Assembly (NCBI GenBank): GCA_964564435.1 | Contig: CAZMAT010000003.1 | Coordinates: forward strand, 23,869 to 87,868 | Length of the DNA: 64,000 nucleotides | Origin: an uncultured bacterium | GTDB taxonomy: Bacteria; Fermentibacterota; Fermentibacteria; Fermentibacterales; Fermentibacteraceae | Reading direction: 5' to 3' | Part shown: piece after piece, positions 27,958 to 44,735 of the stretch | Position numbering within the stretch: position 1 is the stretch's first letter | How the letters are laid out: every line of letters begins with the position of its first letter | The notes under the pieces: model-generated | What the model was told of the DNA's origin: nothing | Seen by the model: the letters and a program-made list of their open reading frames with translations, nothing else | Databases searched by the model: none | Made by a program: the position numbers and the translations under genes

Positions 27958-28162
27958 CTTCAGGACCTCCGGGAACTGGATCGAAACCGCCGGGCGTGAA
28001 AGGATTGCACCTGAGTATCCTCCAGGCGGACATCACGCTTCCCTTCAGGAAGCCGAACCTCTCGACCGCGATCAGGGCGTACAGGCTGCACGAAGGCGTG
28101 AACCGGCAGCCCGGGGGAAGCATAGGTGAAATCCAGCGCCTGTAGAACCGGATTGCCTTCAG
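27950..28162 (-). CDS. yidD: Membrane protein insertion efficiency factor YidD
   Basis: [25 protein letters not shown]...[17 protein letters not shown]. No ATG near the homologous N-terminus. A CTG overlapping the rnpA stop is assumed, so the start is uncertain. Confidence 0.65.
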   Translation of the reverse strand: MKAIRFYRRWISPMLPPGCRFTPSCSLYALIAVERFGFLKGSVMSAWRILRCNPFTPGGFDPVPGGPEDE

Positions 28163-28551
28163 CGTTCCCCTCGCAGCTGGAGAGAGTCTGCGAATTCCGT
28201 GAGATCCGCTTCCATCGCTCTCCGCGTGGTCGCGGAGAGCTTCACCGCGGGGTATATCACGATATCCAGGCCAGGCGGCGTCGCGATCCGCTGACGCAGA
28301 GCCTCCCTGATACGGCGTCTGAAGAGGTTCCTCTCCGCTGCGCATCCCATCTTCCTAGATACGGAAAACCCCAGGCGTGTGATGCCCAGGGTGTTTCCGA
28401 GACACACTATCTTCACCGCCGCGCCCCTGAACCGGAAGCCCTGCCTGAACACCCTCTCGAATTCGGGTTTGCCGGTGAGCCTCCCGGGGGCGGCCAGGAC
28501 AGGCCGTCCGCTAGGGGACGAGGAGCTTCCTGTTCCTGCGGCGCCTGGCAT
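28159..28551 (-). CDS. rnpA: Ribonuclease P protein component
   Basis: [15 protein letters not shown]...[24 protein letters not shown]. The only ATG (28551) overlaps rpmH by 41 nt. The alternative is a CTG at 28497. Confidence 0.7.
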   Translation of the reverse strand: MPGAAGTGSSSSPSGRPVLAAPGRLTGKPEFERVFRQGFRFRGAAVKIVCLGNTLGITRLGFSVSRKMGCAAERNLFRRRIREALRQRIATPPGLDIVIYPAVKLSATTRRAMEADLTEFADSLQLRGER

Positions 28552-28645
28552 TGAGCACCTTGCGCCCGTTGCGAGTGGCCATCCTCGCCCTGAATCCGTG
28601 TCTCCTGGCGCGGGACAAGTTGCTGGGCTGGTACGTTCTCTTCAT
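28511..28645 (-). CDS. rpmH: 50S ribosomal protein L34
   Basis: [44 protein letters not shown], found by hand and too short for the ORF track. Confidence 0.9.
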   Translation of the reverse strand: MKRTYQPSNLSRARRHGFRARMATRNGRKVLNARRRRNRKLLVP

Positions 28646-28886
28646 GTCGCCTCTCCCGGATCACCTGATTTTTGCACTCATCCCGTGACGGCTTGACTGC
28701 GGGTCCCGGCGGGACGAAATTCCCTCTGCCGCTCCGATGCGGCGAAGCGGGAAGCTACTCCCCAAATCGGGTCCTGTCAAGACGGTGGCTCCGGTGGAAT
28801 GTATGTTGCTTGAACGAAATCAACACGCGGCACGATCACGCCACAACCCGACAACGCATCTTCCTGTGTTCCAAGCATATGTAAGC

Positions 28887-28916
28887 TGTGAAACCTGTGG
28901 AGAACTCTGTGGATAA
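28887..28916. promoter_or_regulatory. DnaA-box cluster upstream of dnaA
   Basis: TGTGGATAA (28908-28916) is the perfect complement of TTATCCACA. TGTGGAGAA (28896-28904) matches 8/9. TGTGAAACC (28887-28895) is weaker. All are in the same orientation. Confidence 0.65.
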
Positions 28917-28977
28917 TACCTGTCCGGTTTACCCGGCAATGTCTTAGCCCGGCGTGGAACAGACCGCCCCCTCCGGC

Positions 28978-30306
28978 ATGGATCTGCCGGGCCTCTGGGA
29001 TCGCTGTCTCGAGGCTGCGAGGCCGTCCATACCGCCTTCCTCGTTCAGCTCGTGGCTCCAGGTGTCCAGCTTCGAGGCCCTCGAGGAGGACAGGTTCATC
29101 GTCCGCTTCCCGAACGCCTTCATGGCGAGGTGGACGATGACACAGTACGGCGAGATCCTCCAGGGCTCCCTCAGGGAGCTCAGCGGCATCCCCGGGATCA
29201 GCCTGCAGTGCGTCGGCGATCCCGCCCCGCCTGCATCTCCCGGCCCGGAGGCCTCGCCCAGGCAGAACCAGACCTCCATCAGATCCAACTATCTCCATCC
29301 CAGCTATACCTTCGAAAGATTCGTGGCGGGGCCCAGTAACGAGCTCGCCCATGCAGGCGCCAGGGCCGTTGCCATGAACCCGGGCAGCCCTTCCTACAAT
29401 CCGCTCTTCATCTACGGCGGCGTCGGGCTGGGCAAGACCCACCTCATACAGGGCATCGCCCACGAGGTGAGGAGGCTCCATCCCGACAAGCGTTTCGTCT
29501 ACGTCTCCTCGGAGCAGTTCCTCCACCTCTTCGTCACATCGCTGGGCCGCCAGAACGTCGACGAGTTCAGGCGCATCTACCGCGACGTCGACCTCCTCCT
29601 CATGGACGACGTCCAGTCCCTCGGAGGCAAGGCGCAGACCCAGGAGGAGCTCTTCCACAGGTTCAACGACCTGTACCAGACGGGCAGGCAGATCGTCTTC
29701 ACATCCGACAGGCTGCCGGGCGAGATCCCGGGGCTCGAGGAACGCCTGGTCTCGAGGTTCCAGTCCGGCCTCGTCGCCGACATCCAGCCCCCCGACTACG
29801 AGACGCGCATGGCCATCCTCGACCTCAAGGTCCGTGACGAGGGGGAGTTCTTCCCTGCAGAGGTGCTCGACTTCATCGCCTCCACGATCAGGAGCAACGT
29901 CAGGCAGCTCGAGGGCGCGGTGCACAGGCTGGCCGCATCCAGCCGCATCAACGGCACCCCGATAGATCTCGCCCTCGCGAAGAGGGTCCTCTCAGACGCA
30001 TTCGGCTCCGCCTCGCAGAAACTGTCCGCCGGCGTCATCACAGCAGCCGTAGCCGAGGCCTTCTCCGTAGCCCCGGCGCAGCTCAGGGGAAAGCAGCGGA
30101 GACGCGACATCCTGGTTCCCCGCCAGGTCGCGATGTTCCTCATAAGGGAGCTCACCGAGACTTCCCTCGTCGAGATCGGCCGCTTCTTCTCCGGCCGAGA
30201 CCACTCCACGGTTCTCAACTCCATCGACCGAGTACGCCAGCTCTCCTCGGAAGACGCCTCCCTCAGGAGAAGGATCCTGGACCTGAGAACCAGGCTCTCG
30301 GGTTGA
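28978..30306 (+). CDS. dnaA: Chromosomal replication initiator protein DnaA
   Basis: MDLPGLWDRCLE..., Walker A GGVGLGKTHL, and a C-terminal DNA-binding domain. ATG 28978 is preferred to the track's GTG at 28954. Confidence 0.95.
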   Translation: MDLPGLWDRCLEAARPSIPPSSFSSWLQVSSFEALEEDRFIVRFPNAFMARWTMTQYGEILQGSLRELSGIPGISLQCVGDPAPPASPGPEASPRQNQTSIRSNYLHPSYTFERFVAGPSNELAHAGARAVAMNPGSPSYNPLFIYGGVGLGKTHLIQGIAHEVRRLHPDKRFVYVSSEQFLHLFVTSLGRQNVDEFRRIYRDVDLLLMDDVQSLGGKAQTQEELFHRFNDLYQTGRQIVFTSDRLPGEIPGLEERLVSRFQSGLVADIQPPDYETRMAILDLKVRDEGEFFPAEVLDFIASTIRSNVRQLEGAVHRLAASSRINGTPIDLALAKRVLSDAFGSASQKLSAGVITAAVAEAFSVAPAQLRGKQRRRDILVPRQVAMFLIRELTETSLVEIGRFFSGRDHSTVLNSIDRVRQLSSEDASLRRRILDLRTRLSG

Positions 30307-30350
30307 TCCTGTCGATCCGCACCCCGGAAACTGCAGAGCCGCACGACCCC

Positions 30351-30399
30351 TGTGGAAAACCCGGCCCTTGCACGGGCGTTTTCCACATCGTTCCCCACA
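30351..30399. promoter_or_regulatory. DnaA boxes in the dnaA-dnaN intergenic region
   Basis: TGTGGAAAA (30351-59) and TTTTCCACA (30379-87) form an inverted pair, both fitting TTWTNCACA. TTCCCCACA (30391-99) matches 7/9. The inverted pair could also fold as a hairpin. Confidence 0.55.
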
Positions 30400-30437
30400 C
30401 CGGAGTATCGTGCGCCGCAACCCTCACCCTAGCAGGT

Positions 30438-30497
30438 CAACAGTTTCTTCGGTATAATAGTAATCATCATTTGTCGCTGTTTTCTATGTCTCTACTG
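30438..30497. promoter_or_regulatory. AT-rich stretch (candidate DNA unwinding element and/or dnaN promoter)
   Basis: CAGTTTCTTCGGTATAATAGTAATCATCATTTGTCGCTGTTTTCTATGTC is strikingly AT-rich for this genome. It contains a perfect TATAAT (30453-58). Confidence 0.45.
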
Positions 30498-30526
30498 GTC
30501 CCAGCCGTTCCCCGGAGGGATGCACG

Positions 30527-31642
30527 ATGATCAAGCTGCTCGTCTCCCAGGCAGAGCTCCTAAAGGGTCTCAACACCGTTGCCGCGGCGGTGCCCCCCCG
30601 TACCAACCTGCCAGCCCTGACGAACATCCTCCTCGAGGCCGGCAGGGATCAGCTCAGCCTTGCTGCAACCGACCTGGACACTACTATCACGACCAGCATA
30701 CCAGCCACCGTGACGACTCCCGGCTCGGTCGCAATCCCCGGCCGGAAACTCCACGAGATAGTCCGCGAGCTTCCCGACACCGATGTCCACATCGGCGGAA
30801 CCGGAAGCCGCATCAGCATCAACTGCGGCACCAGCTCGTTCGTGGTGGCAGGCTCAGCGCGCGATACCTATCCAGAGCTCCCGGCCAGGGTCGAGTCGTC
30901 TTCCGTCACCATACCAATGTCCGTCCTCGCGTCCGCGATAAGGAGGACCTCCTTCGCCGTCGCCCGGGAGGACTACAGGCCCGCTCTCAACGGCGAACTA
31001 TGGAAACTGGGATCAGAAGGCCTCGAGATGGTGGCCACCGACGGTCACCGTCTCGCCCGCATCCACCTTTCGGAAGTCGTATCCCCTTCGCCCTTCGAGG
31101 CCATCGTCGCTCCAAAGGCCCTCGCCCTCCTCGCCCGCATCGGCGACGACGGCGACGTGCGGGTCAGCTTCCAGGGCTCGCAGCTCTCCTTCGAATTCGG
31201 CTCCACCACCATCTTCAGCAGGACCATCGAGGGGCCCTATCCCCCCTACGAGAAGGTGATCCCCCACGACAACGACAAGAGCCTCGTCATCTCCCGGGAG
31301 GATCTGAACTCCGCCCTCAGGAGGATGCGCATCATCGCCAACCCGGCCACCCATCAGGTCAAGCTCTCCCTCGAGAAGGGGAGCATCCTGGTACAGGCCG
31401 AGAACACCGACGCCGGCGAGGCGAGGGAGAAGCTCGAGGGCGACTATTCCGGCGAGTCCCTGCAAGTCGGGTTCAATGCCGACTTCCTCATGGAGATACT
31501 CAAGAACATGACAGGCGACCGCATAATCCTCAGGCTCAAGAACAGCGCATCCGCCGTCGTGCTCGAGAACGAGACGCCCGAACAGGGCGTCGCTCACCTC
31601 TCCCTGCTGATGCCGGTGAGACTCCCCGGAGCCACAGGTTAA
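30527..31642 (+). CDS. dnaN: DNA polymerase III beta sliding clamp
   Basis: 371 aa, three-domain clamp-like sequence directly after dnaA. GGAGGG RBS. Confidence 0.95.
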   Translation: MIKLLVSQAELLKGLNTVAAAVPPRTNLPALTNILLEAGRDQLSLAATDLDTTITTSIPATVTTPGSVAIPGRKLHEIVRELPDTDVHIGGTGSRISINCGTSSFVVAGSARDTYPELPARVESSSVTIPMSVLASAIRRTSFAVAREDYRPALNGELWKLGSEGLEMVATDGHRLARIHLSEVVSPSPFEAIVAPKALALLARIGDDGDVRVSFQGSQLSFEFGSTTIFSRTIEGPYPPYEKVIPHDNDKSLVISREDLNSALRRMRIIANPATHQVKLSLEKGSILVQAENTDAGEAREKLEGDYSGESLQVGFNADFLMEILKNMTGDRIILRLKNSASAVVLENETPEQGVAHLSLLMPVRLPGATG

Positions 31643-31699
31643 GGCGGCCGACAACCCCGGGGAGGGCGGTGCTCACAGCGCCGCGTCGCAGGCTCCGAT

Positions 31700-36459
<4,760 letters not shown>

Positions 36460-39400
36460 GAAGCTGAAACTGTGGCACGTGGCCAACGAGCCTCGTCCCT
36501 CGCCGATTCCGGAGGTGAGGACGGAGGCGGCCCTGCCGGTCGAACTCCTGGATTCCAGCCACGCCGACCCGTCGATCGTGATGGAGCTTTCGGCCCTTCG
36601 CGTCTTCGACCTGAAGGGCTGGGAGCCGGTCTGCTCCGACGTGGCCCTCATAGTCTCGAAGCTCAGCCCCGCATCCCGGGAGAGGCTCGTGGAGAGCCTC
36701 TCCCTGATCTCATCCCCGCCCCCCGTCGAACCGATGCTCGTCCGGAAGTGGCTGAGCGCCGTCAACAGCCTGCTGCCCTCGTCCTATCCGACCGCGATCA
36801 TGGAGTTCTTCCAGCTGGCGTGGATGTGGGAGCAGCTCAGGACCGTGACCGGGCTCGATCTCGAGAGGGTGATGGCCCTCTTCTTCCGCGCCCTGAGAGG
36901 GGTGGGAGAGGGTCCGAGATCCGCGCCGATGATACACTTCCTCCTGCAGCTCGCCGGGAGATGGCCCGAGAGGTTCTGCTTCTGGCTGGACAGGACCGCC
37001 ACCGGGGGCCCCGACGTCATCCAGGCGCTGAAGCTCGCCGAGAGCATGACGCGGGATGCTGCGCCCCACGCCCGTGAGACCCTGCTCGACTTCGGCGCGG
37101 AGATGGGATGGAGGTTCCTCGACGACGAGTCCCTTCCACTCTGGCGCGCTGTCGGGCGCCTCGGCGAACTGCTCCTCCGGAGGATCCGCGGCATAGCCAT
37201 CCCTGTCCAGCCCATGCAGCTCCTCGCAGGGGTGCTGGGGCAGATGGAGAAGAGCGGGGCGATGGAGTCGGTCCTCTCCGAGGCCAGGGTGCGGGTGGCC
37301 TCGTCCATGTTCGGCGAGCAGGATCCCGATGTCGTCGAAGAGGCCCTGGCCATGCAGCCCGAAGTGCACGGCGCCCTGCAGGCCACCGGGGAGATCGAGC
37401 TCATCGTGCAGGTCACGGCCCTGAGGGGGTCGTTCGCGAACCCGAGGCTCGTCGGTGAAGCGCTGGTGAAGCTCGCGGTGCTGGCCGGCGGCGGGCGGCT
37501 CGACACCTCGGTCCTCCTGATGCTCATCGAGAAGTTCGAGGGTCAGGTCAAGGAGGCCCAGGTCCTCGATGCGGTCGACGTCCTGTCGGGGATCTCCGGC
37601 AGCGTGCCGGTCCATCCCGTCGACACCTGGTTCAGGCTGACAAGGCTCGTGGGCGCCGGCGGCGAGGACCGGGACTCCTCGCGGGCCCACAGGAACGCGA
37701 TGGCGAGAGTCCTCGAGGCGCTCGTGATGCAGCCCGATCCCGGGCCCAGCCTGGATGTCATCGAGGAGATACTGACGATTCCCAACCTCTCCTCCCCGGA
37801 GGTGTTCCAGGCCGCCGCCCTGCTGCTGCGCACGAACATACCCGCGGACAAGGCCGTGATACTGAGGAAGACCGGCCAGTGCGCGAGGCTCCTCACCCTC
37901 CTCTCCCCCGTGGACAGGGACAGGCTCCTCTCCAGCATCCCCCCGCAGTGGCTCACGGCTCTCGCAGCGGAGGAGACCGACTCCTTCCGTTCGGTGTGCG
38001 ACGCACTGGTGAAGCTGGACTCCCAGGGCCGCATGCCGAGGTTCCTCGACAGGATCGTCAGCCCGCTCCTCGAGGAGATATCGGCCAGGGGCGACGTGTT
38101 CGAGGAGTACCTGGCCGCGGCCGTCGTGGAGTACAACAGGATGCCCGCCCAGGGCCGGGTCCGCGACACCGAGCATGAACTCCTGAAGAGGCTGTTCAGG
38201 ACGGGAGACGGAGCCAAGACCATAGACAACCTGATATCCGACCTGCTGAAGGTGCCCGGTCTGGAGGGCGAACGGGCATCCAGCCTCATCGAGACCGTGA
38301 GGACGCTCTGCTCTGCGTTCGGCAGGCAGGCGGCATGGCAGGACCCGTCCGATGTCACCCTGGCGCAGTTCCTCGAGAAGGGGTTCCCCAGGATCATCTC
38401 GGCGCTCGTCGACTGCCCCGAGGCTCTGGACACGATAACGCCATCCCGGATGATGGACCTGGTCGGCAGGCTCATGCCGTCGAACTCGGTGACCGACGCC
38501 GATCCCCAGATCGCGAGGTGGCAGACCAGGACCGGGGCTTCGTTCTTCGGCATGGTCCTGCCCACGGCTATCGAGATCCTTCCCGACGAGCCCGGGACGC
38601 TTGCGCTCTTCGTCGAGTCCATCTCCGACCAGGCGATGCGATCGGTACAGGGGCTGCCTGCCGGAGCCGGATACCTCAACGAGGTCGCGGGGCGTCTCGA
38701 GCACCTGCTCATCGAATCCTACGCCGCCAAGATCAGGATCCTCGGCGGGAGGAGGGGCGAAGCCGCCCCCGAGATCCCCGAGAACTGGGCCGCAGACGTC
38801 TATTCGGGATGGAGCTCGGTCAGGGCCTCCGAGGCGGCGCTGATGAAGGAGGCCACGCAGGTCTCCAGGATCCTCACGGGCGACAGGAAGATCCAGAGGG
38901 TCTTCATCCACCAGGCCCGCAAGCTGTGGGAGGGCCTCTCCCGCGCAGGCCTGCTCGCCCGGCCCTCGATGCTCAGGAACCCGCGCGAGGGCATGGCTCT
39001 CGTCTCCGAACTCGCCCACGGCGAGCTGCTCGAGCTCTTCCGCCTCCACGAGCAGGGGGAGGGGCTGGTGACCCCCCAGACCATCGAAAGGGCCGAGAGG
39101 GTGTTCTCCCGCAGGACCTCCGACCATTCCGGCGAGAGCGCGAGCCGCACATGGCGCATGGAGGTGTTCACCCCGCTGGGCAACTGCCTCATCGACCTGC
39201 TCCTCCTCGACGGTGCGAGGACACCGGAGCTCGATACGCTCACCGACGGGTTCCTCGAGGTGGCGGAATTCCTGGGCAACGAGACGGGGGGCGACGAACT
39301 GCTCCTCGCATTCCAGAGATGCCTCTCGTCGGGCTCCTACGGAGTCGGCGAGTCCGGAGTCGCGCAGGCCCTGAAGGCCGCCGAGAAGCAGCTGTTCCGC

Positions 39401-40064
39401 CCCCTGTGGCGCCGAAGGGCGATGAGCAGGATCGAACTGGTCATCGCAGGCATGGGCAACAGGGAGAAGCTCGTGGACCGCCTGCTGGACAGGGTTGCGA
39501 GGGAGCCGGGAGTCGTCTCGCAGGTGAAGTTCCTCCGCAGGTTCGGCCCGCTGTTCCTCACCATCGAGGAAGTGATCCTCGAGTTCGAGGACAAGCGTCA
39601 GGAGCTCGGCGTCAGGGACTGCCTGAACGGCGTCTGGCTTCTGGCGGGGAGCGGCAGGGAGCCCGCCGGCGTGGCAGAGGCCGCAAGGGAGGCCTTCGAG
39701 GCCGCCTCCGAGGTGTTCAGGAGCATACGCCGCAGAAAGGGCGAGATCACCGCCGTCGAGGCCGAGGAGATAAGCGCGGAGATGCGCAGGCGCTACAGGG
39801 ACAACGCCGACGTGGTCGCGACCTTGCTCAGGTGGACGCTCGATCCCGCTCGCGAGGAGCTGCTGGGCGTGCTCGAGGGACATCCCGTCCTTCTCGAGAC
39901 GATAAGCAGGGATACGGAACTCATCCACCTCATGGACGGGCTCTTCAGCGAACCCGGCTTCCTGAACGGCGTCTCGGCCCTCGCCGATGACCCGGAGGAG
40001 CTCAGGAAACATCTCCTGAAGATGGCCGAAGGCAGGAGAGGCGCCCTGGAGGACGACGACTGAG

Positions 40065-41042
40065 ATGAGGGTGGCGATCGTCTCCACGGGAGGCACCATC
40101 GACATGGTCCCGGGGCCTTCCGGGTTCCGCATCGACGAGTCCGACACTGCTCCGGGCCGCCCCCCCGAGGGGGCCGTTCCGTCCGGATACGAGACCGAGC
40201 AGTTCAAGCTCTTCGCCCTGCCGAGCCCCCACATGACGCCTTCCCGCATGGCGGAACTGTGCCGCTTCCTGGGCAGGCTCGCGGCCTCCGGCAGGTTCGA
40301 CGGGATAGTCGTGACTCATGGCACCGACACCCTGGAGGAGAGCGCATTCCTCGCGGACATCAGCCTGGGATGCTCGTGCCCGGTGGTATTCACTGCCGCC
40401 ATGAGGAGTTCCTCCGAACTCGGCGTGGACGGCCCGAGGAACCTCAGGGGGGCCATCCTGACCGCCACATGTCCGGAGTTTCGTAATTTCGGAGTTGCGG
40501 TCGTGCTGAACGACGAGATCCACGCAGCAGGAAGGGTGACGAAGACCTACACCAGCAACGTGAGCAGCTTCGCTTCTCCCGGGTACGGCCCCCTCGGCTT
40601 CGTGGACGAGGACAGGGTCTTCCTCGTGAACAGACCGTGCTGGAGGCTGGAACTGCCCCCCGGCGAGCTGTCCCTCGACGAGAGGGTCGGTCTGGTGCGC
40701 ACGGCAGCCGGGCTCGGCGCGCGCGAACTGCGCTTCTGCCGCGAGTCCGGCGACAGAGCCGTGGTGCTCGAGGCCTTCGGCAGGGGGAACGTGCCCCCCG
40801 ACGTGGCCGACGAGGTCGGTGAATCAGCCCGTCACGGCATGCTCGTCGCCGTCGTGAGCAGATGCTATGTGGGCCGCGTCCTGGGGGTCTACGGCTATCC
40901 CGGCGGAGGTTCCGACCTCGTATCCCGGGGGGCCCTCCTGGCTGGCGACATGCACGGACACAAACTGAGGCTCTTCCTGATGGCCGCCCTGGGCGCGGGG
41001 CTCGACAGGGAAGCCGTTTCGGCGCTGCTGGAGCGGCTGTGA
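40065..41042 (+). CDS. ansA: L-asparaginase (type I)
   Basis: VAIVSTGGTIDM and VVTHGTDTLEESAF motifs. Confidence 0.8.
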   Translation: MRVAIVSTGGTIDMVPGPSGFRIDESDTAPGRPPEGAVPSGYETEQFKLFALPSPHMTPSRMAELCRFLGRLAASGRFDGIVVTHGTDTLEESAFLADISLGCSCPVVFTAAMRSSSELGVDGPRNLRGAILTATCPEFRNFGVAVVLNDEIHAAGRVTKTYTSNVSSFASPGYGPLGFVDEDRVFLVNRPCWRLELPPGELSLDERVGLVRTAAGLGARELRFCRESGDRAVVLEAFGRGNVPPDVADEVGESARHGMLVAVVSRCYVGRVLGVYGYPGGGSDLVSRGALLAGDMHGHKLRLFLMAALGAGLDREAVSALLERL

Positions 41043-41067
41043 CCGCACGCGCGGGACTGGAGGATCC

Positions 41068-41397
41068 ATGTCGGGCGGCGGGCTGACCATATCCGTGATC
41101 CCCCACAGCGGGAAGCCGCCCAGGCAGATGGAGTTCTCCGGCACCCGGCTGCTTCTTCTGCGTGTCGGCGCGGGTTTGACTATATTGATCCTCCTGGGTG
41201 CAATCCTGATCATCGCGCTCGGGATGGCCGGGTCGATCGGGAGCAGGCCTCTGGCCGACAGGATAGAGGCACTTGAGGATTCGCTCGAGGAGGCCCGCGG
41301 AATAGAGGCGAGGCTCGACTCGATCGAGGCCGAGCTGGGCGAGATCAGGCTCGTACGCGAGAGGCTCGAGAACATTTCCGAGCTGGCCGGCCCCTGA
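41068..41397 (+). CDS. Single-pass membrane coiled-coil protein resembling the N-terminal part of M23 (LytM) peptidases
   Basis: LTISVIPHSGKPPRQMEFS..., a TM helix, then a coiled coil (DRIEALEDSLEEARGIEARLDSIEAELGEI). No LytM domain follows. Confidence 0.4.
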   Translation: MSGGGLTISVIPHSGKPPRQMEFSGTRLLLLRVGAGLTILILLGAILIIALGMAGSIGSRPLADRIEALEDSLEEARGIEARLDSIEAELGEIRLVRERLENISELAGP

Positions 41398-41420
41398 GGG
41401 GCGGGCCCGGGAGGCTGGCA

Positions 41421-41783
41421 ATGGGCCGTGACGATTCATCACGCGCGTCCTCGATGAACTCCATCGTCGGGTCGGGAAGCGTCTTCAACGGGACTCTCAG
41501 GATGGACGGGGGGTTGCGTGTCGATGGTACCGTCGAGGGCCAGATCGACGTCTCCGGAACCCTCACCGTGGGCCATGACGGGCTGATCCGGGGCGATGTG
41601 AGCGCGACCCAGGCGATCATCGGCGGGACGATAATCGGCACCGTCCGCGCCGACCGCCAGCTCGAGCTCCAGCATGGTTCCAGGGTCGAGGGCGACATCT
41701 TCACGAGGTCACTGATAATCGAGGACGGGGTTTTTTTCGAGGGCAACTGCCGCATGCGCCCCGAGGGCGAGCACGAATCCTGA
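41421..41783 (+). CDS. Bactofilin (polymer-forming cytoskeletal protein, DUF583)
   Basis: SIVGSGSVFNGTLRMDGGLRVDGTVEGQIDVSGTLTVG..G.I.GDV... is the beta-helical repeat pattern. Confidence 0.8.
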   Translation: MGRDDSSRASSMNSIVGSGSVFNGTLRMDGGLRVDGTVEGQIDVSGTLTVGHDGLIRGDVSATQAIIGGTIIGTVRADRQLELQHGSRVEGDIFTRSLIIEDGVFFEGNCRMRPEGEHES

Positions 41784-41793
41784 CACCCGTCCG

Positions 41794-41811
41794 TGTGGAA
41801 AATGTGGAAAA
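41794..41811. promoter_or_regulatory. Two head-to-tail DnaA-box-like 9-mers
   Basis: TGTGGAAAA TGTGGAAAA, the same 9-mer as at 30351. A third box-like GTTTCCACA lies at 41892-41900. Confidence 0.45.
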
Positions 41812-41915
41812 GCCCCCCGGGTTGTGCAGAACCAGACAAAATGTTCGATATCTTGCGTTTGTGCCTGCCACCTAAAGGGATTTGGAAGGTGGTTTCCACA
41901 AGTCGATGATGCAGC

Positions 41916-42260
41916 GTGTCGACTTCATCGAAAGGCGGAACCGGTTTGACTGGCTCCCTCGACATCCTTAGACAGGCCGAGAGCGAAGCCCGGCAGATCC
42001 TCGACGACGCAAGGCGCAAGTCGGCATCGGTGAGGGCGGGCATCAAGGACGAGACGGCCTCTCTCCGCGAGGAACTGGTGCGAAGGGTGGCCTCCGAGGC
42101 CGGGAAGAGGCATTCGGCGGTGCAGGGTGCGGTGGCCGGCGAGAGGGACAGGCTGATGAGGGAGGCGGAGAGTGCCGTGGAGGCACTCCGCATGCGCGAG
42201 GACGAGCTCTCCGGAAGGGCATACGAGATCCTGTCGGGCCGTCTGACTGGGCGGGAGTAG
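41916..42260 (+). CDS. V-type ATPase peripheral-stalk subunit (G/H-like)
   Basis: Charged helical ~110 aa (ILRQAESEARQILDDARRK...), first gene of the operon. The GTG/TTG start is uncertain. Confidence 0.5.
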   Translation: MSTSSKGGTGLTGSLDILRQAESEARQILDDARRKSASVRAGIKDETASLREELVRRVASEAGKRHSAVQGAVAGERDRLMREAESAVEALRMREDELSGRAYEILSGRLTGRE

Positions 42261-42264
42261 CGGC

Positions 42265-44726
<2,462 letters not shown>

Positions 44727-44735
44727 GCGGGCGGG

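Noticed and set aside
30351-30387. The inverted TGTGGAAAA...TTTTCCACA pair as purely a dnaA transcription terminator hairpin.
   Set aside because: It is not rejected outright, because the arms can pair (GGAAAAC...GTTTTCC). However, both arms fit the DnaA-box consensus exactly, a third box follows, and the same 9-mer recurs at 41794. The DnaA-box reading is therefore preferred, and the ambiguity is noted.
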